Below, one piece after another: positions 61,908 to 64,000 of a stretch of DNA of 64,000 nt. Positions within the stretch are counted from its first letter, which is position 1. Each line of letters begins with the position of its first letter. Origin of the DNA: Collinsella sp. Lineage in GTDB: Bacteria; Actinomycetota; Coriobacteriia; Coriobacteriales; Coriobacteriaceae. The notes under the pieces are model-generated. The model worked only from the letters and a program-made list of their open reading frames with translations. It did no database searches and was not told the origin of the DNA. Location: the NCBI GenBank assembly GCA_048343195.1, contig DBGDDN010000063.1, forward strand, positions 65,142 through 129,141, read 5' to 3'. A program made the position numbers and the translations under genes.

Positions 61908-62876
61908 ATGCCGCTCATCTCCATCGTCGTTCCGTGCTACAACGAGCAGGAATCGCTTCCGATCTTTCTCAAAGAGCTCGACGGCGTTGTCCATGCCATG
62001 ACGCAAGCGCACCCCGATATTTCATTCGAAACGGTCCTCGTCGACGATGGCTCAGCGGACGCAACGCTCACCGTCATGAAAGCAGAAGCCGCGGCGGAGC
62101 ATCCATACGCCATCCGCTGGTACTCCTTCTCGCGCAACTTTGGTAAAGAGGCGGCGCTGTTTGCCGGACTCCAGCACGCAAAGGGCGACTATGTTGCCAC
62201 CATGGATGCCGACATGCAGGACCCGCCCTCGCTCCTGCCGCAAATGTACGAGATCCTGCAAACCGAAGACTACGACAACGTCGCCACGCGCAGGACTACC
62301 CGCGAAGGCGAGCCTCCCGTCAGGTCGTTTTGCGCCCGCATGTTCTACAAACTCATCAACCGCATTTCCAAGGCAGACATCGTCGACGGAGCGCGCGATT
62401 TTAGACTCATGAAACGACCCATGGTCAACGCCATCATTTCCATGGGCGAATACAACCGATTCTCCAAGGGCATTTACGGCTGGGTCGGCTTTAGAACCAA
62501 GTGGCTCCCTTACGTAAACGTCAACCGCGTTGCCGGCGAGACCAAGTGGAGCTTTTGGTCGCTGCTCCTCTATTCCATCGATGGCATCGTCGCGTTCTCT
62601 ACGGCGCCACTCTCCCTTGCCGCCCTCACGGGCATCATTTTCTGCCTCATCGCCATCCTGGGATTCATCGTTATCCTGGTCAAAACGCTTGTCTGGGGTG
62701 ACCCTGTCGGCGGATGGCCCTCACTCGCCTGCCTCATTACGCTGTTTGGCGGCATGCAGCTTCTGTGCCTGGGAATCATCGGCGAGTACCTGGCAAAGGC
62801 CTATCTGGAGACCAAGCGACGCCCCATCTATATCGTTCGCGAGTCCAACGAGGATTCTGATGACACGGTCCAATAA
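61908..62876 (+). CDS. GtrB/CsbB-like bactoprenol glycosyltransferase
   Basis: VPCYNE, DDGS.D, FSRNFGKEAA, DADMQDPP, DFRLM, two TMs, IGEY...RPIY. Confidence 0.94.
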   Translation: MPLISIVVPCYNEQESLPIFLKELDGVVHAMTQAHPDISFETVLVDDGSADATLTVMKAEAAAEHPYAIRWYSFSRNFGKEAALFAGLQHAKGDYVATMDADMQDPPSLLPQMYEILQTEDYDNVATRRTTREGEPPVRSFCARMFYKLINRISKADIVDGARDFRLMKRPMVNAIISMGEYNRFSKGIYGWVGFRTKWLPYVNVNRVAGETKWSFWSLLLYSIDGIVAFSTAPLSLAALTGIIFCLIAILGFIVILVKTLVWGDPVGGWPSLACLITLFGGMQLLCLGIIGEYLAKAYLETKRRPIYIVRESNEDSDDTVQ

Positions 62877-64000
62877 CAGCACGCTCAAGAACGTTGCGTT
62901 CTACGCTGCCTGCTTCACGTTTTCCATCACGCTCTTTGTCGCGCTCGCCATAGCGGGGCATATATATCCCTTTGGCGACAATTCGTTTCTCACCAACGAC
63001 CTCAAGTACCAATACATCGACTTCTTTGCGTGGTTTCGCCGCGTCCTTTTAGGCGAAGCGAACCTTCGCTATTCCTTCTCCCAGGGACTTGGCATGAACA
63101 CTTGGGGCCTCTATAGCTACTACCTCGCGAGCCCCTTCAACCTGCTCTGCGTGTTGTTTCCCCAGGACAAGCTGACGCTCTTTGTATTCGTCATCAGCGC
63201 GCTCAAGCTTGGCTGCGTCCACATCAGCAGCGCTTGGTATGTGCAAAAGCGCTTTGGCTTATCCAAGCCCGCGGCATTCCTGCTTTCCCTCTCGTTCACG
63301 TTTTGCAGCTGGACCGTCAGCAACCTGCGCAACCCGCTCTGGATTGATTGCCTGATCCTGCTTCCCGTTTGCGCCTACGGTTGCTACGAGGTCATCCGCA
63401 AGCAGCGCATAGCGCGCCTTGTCATCGCCACGGCACTTAACGTCATGTTCTGCTGGTATACGGCCTATATCAGCATTCTGTTCCTCTGCATCTTTGTACT
63501 GGTCGAATTTGTCGATTACGCTGCCGAGCAGGGCTTTAGCTGGAAGCTCATGCTCGATCGAGCACTTCGATTCGCAGGCGCCATCGTTCTCGGGCTGCTT
63601 CTGTCCGCTTGGACCTTTTTGCCGACCATCCTTGCCATGTCCAAGGGCGGCCCCGTTTTGGCCCTCGGACCGCTGCTTAAAACCAGCCTCAAATCGCTCA
63701 TCAGGGGCTTTCTCCCCGGCATGTGGGTGAACAACGACAGTACACCGCAGTTCTATTGCGGCGTAATCATGATGCTGCTCGCGGTGAGCCTACTGTTTAA
63801 CCGCTCGGTTTCGATCAAGACGCGCATCGCAACGCTTGTCGTCACGATAATCCTGGTCGCCAGCTCCGTTTTGAGCCCGCTCGAGTACATCTGGTGCGGC
63901 ATGCGCGTGCCCAACGGTTTCTATTCGCGCACAGCCTTTTTGCTGGGCTTCTTTACGATGTGGGCCGCAGGCTATTCGTTGCAGGTGTTCGAGGGCCAGC
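62860..64000 (+). CDS. YfhO-family GT-C membrane glycosyltransferase (runs off window edge)
   Basis: Manual translation: IYPFGDNS...DLKYQYIDFF...YSFSQGLG...YYLASPFN; polytopic; absent from the ORF track because it has no stop in the window. Confidence 0.88.
   Translation, partial: MTRSNNSTLKNVAFYAACFTFSITLFVALAIAGHIYPFGDNSFLTNDLKYQYIDFFAWFRRVLLGEANLRYSFSQGLGMNTWGLYSYYLASPFNLLCVLFPQDKLTLFVFVISALKLGCVHISSAWYVQKRFGLSKPAAFLLSLSFTFCSWTVSNLRNPLWIDCLILLPVCAYGCYEVIRKQRIARLVIATALNVMFCWYTAYISILFLCIFVLVEFVDYAAEQGFSWKLMLDRALRFAGAIVLGLLLSAWTFLPTILAMSKGGPVLALGPLLKTSLKSLIRGFLPGMWVNNDSTPQFYCGVIMMLLAVSLLFNRSVSIKTRIATLVVTIILVASSVLSPLEYIWCGMRVPNGFYSRTAFLLGFFTMWAAGYSLQVFEGQ

Overview
High-GC bacterial chromosomal window, by gene content most consistent with a Coriobacteriia gut actinobacterium such as Collinsella (inference). 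Bases 1-46.5 kb are mostly minus-strand housekeeping blocks: rpsB-tsf-pyrH-frr-uppS-cdsA-dxr-rseP-ispG-proS; rplS-rnhB-yraN-comM-dprA-trmFO-xerC; rpsP-khpA-rimM-trmD-lepB-glyQS-PDRP-ppdK; a plus-strand dinB; mreBCD-mrdA-rodA-radical SAM pair-rplU-rpmA-obg-nadD-yqeK-rsfS; and a P-type ATPase. Between tRNA-Arg(CCG) and tRNA-Arg(TCT) lie a complete shikimate/Phe/Tyr operon, a lower-GC accessory patch and a doubly frameshifted acyltransferase. The window ends in a cell-wall polysaccharide export/glycosylation locus (wzm/wzt, two GT2s, YfhO). The strongest candidate for an undescribed system is a two-gene operon at 55371-56821 with its own promoter and terminator. A small DUF4869-like protein carries the ABC signature (LSGG), while its partner carries Walker A/B but no signature and ends in a TOPRIM-like domain. 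This suggests a split ABC-ATPase/OLD-PARIS-like nuclease, possibly for anti-phage defence. Other oddities are an RseP with a winged-helix-like insertion, an xerC that seems to need an ATA start, REP-like GGGAC(A/G)GG hairpins, a possible attenuator leader for the aro operon and a PQGL P-type ATPase. All function calls come from motif recognition by eye; no searches were run.
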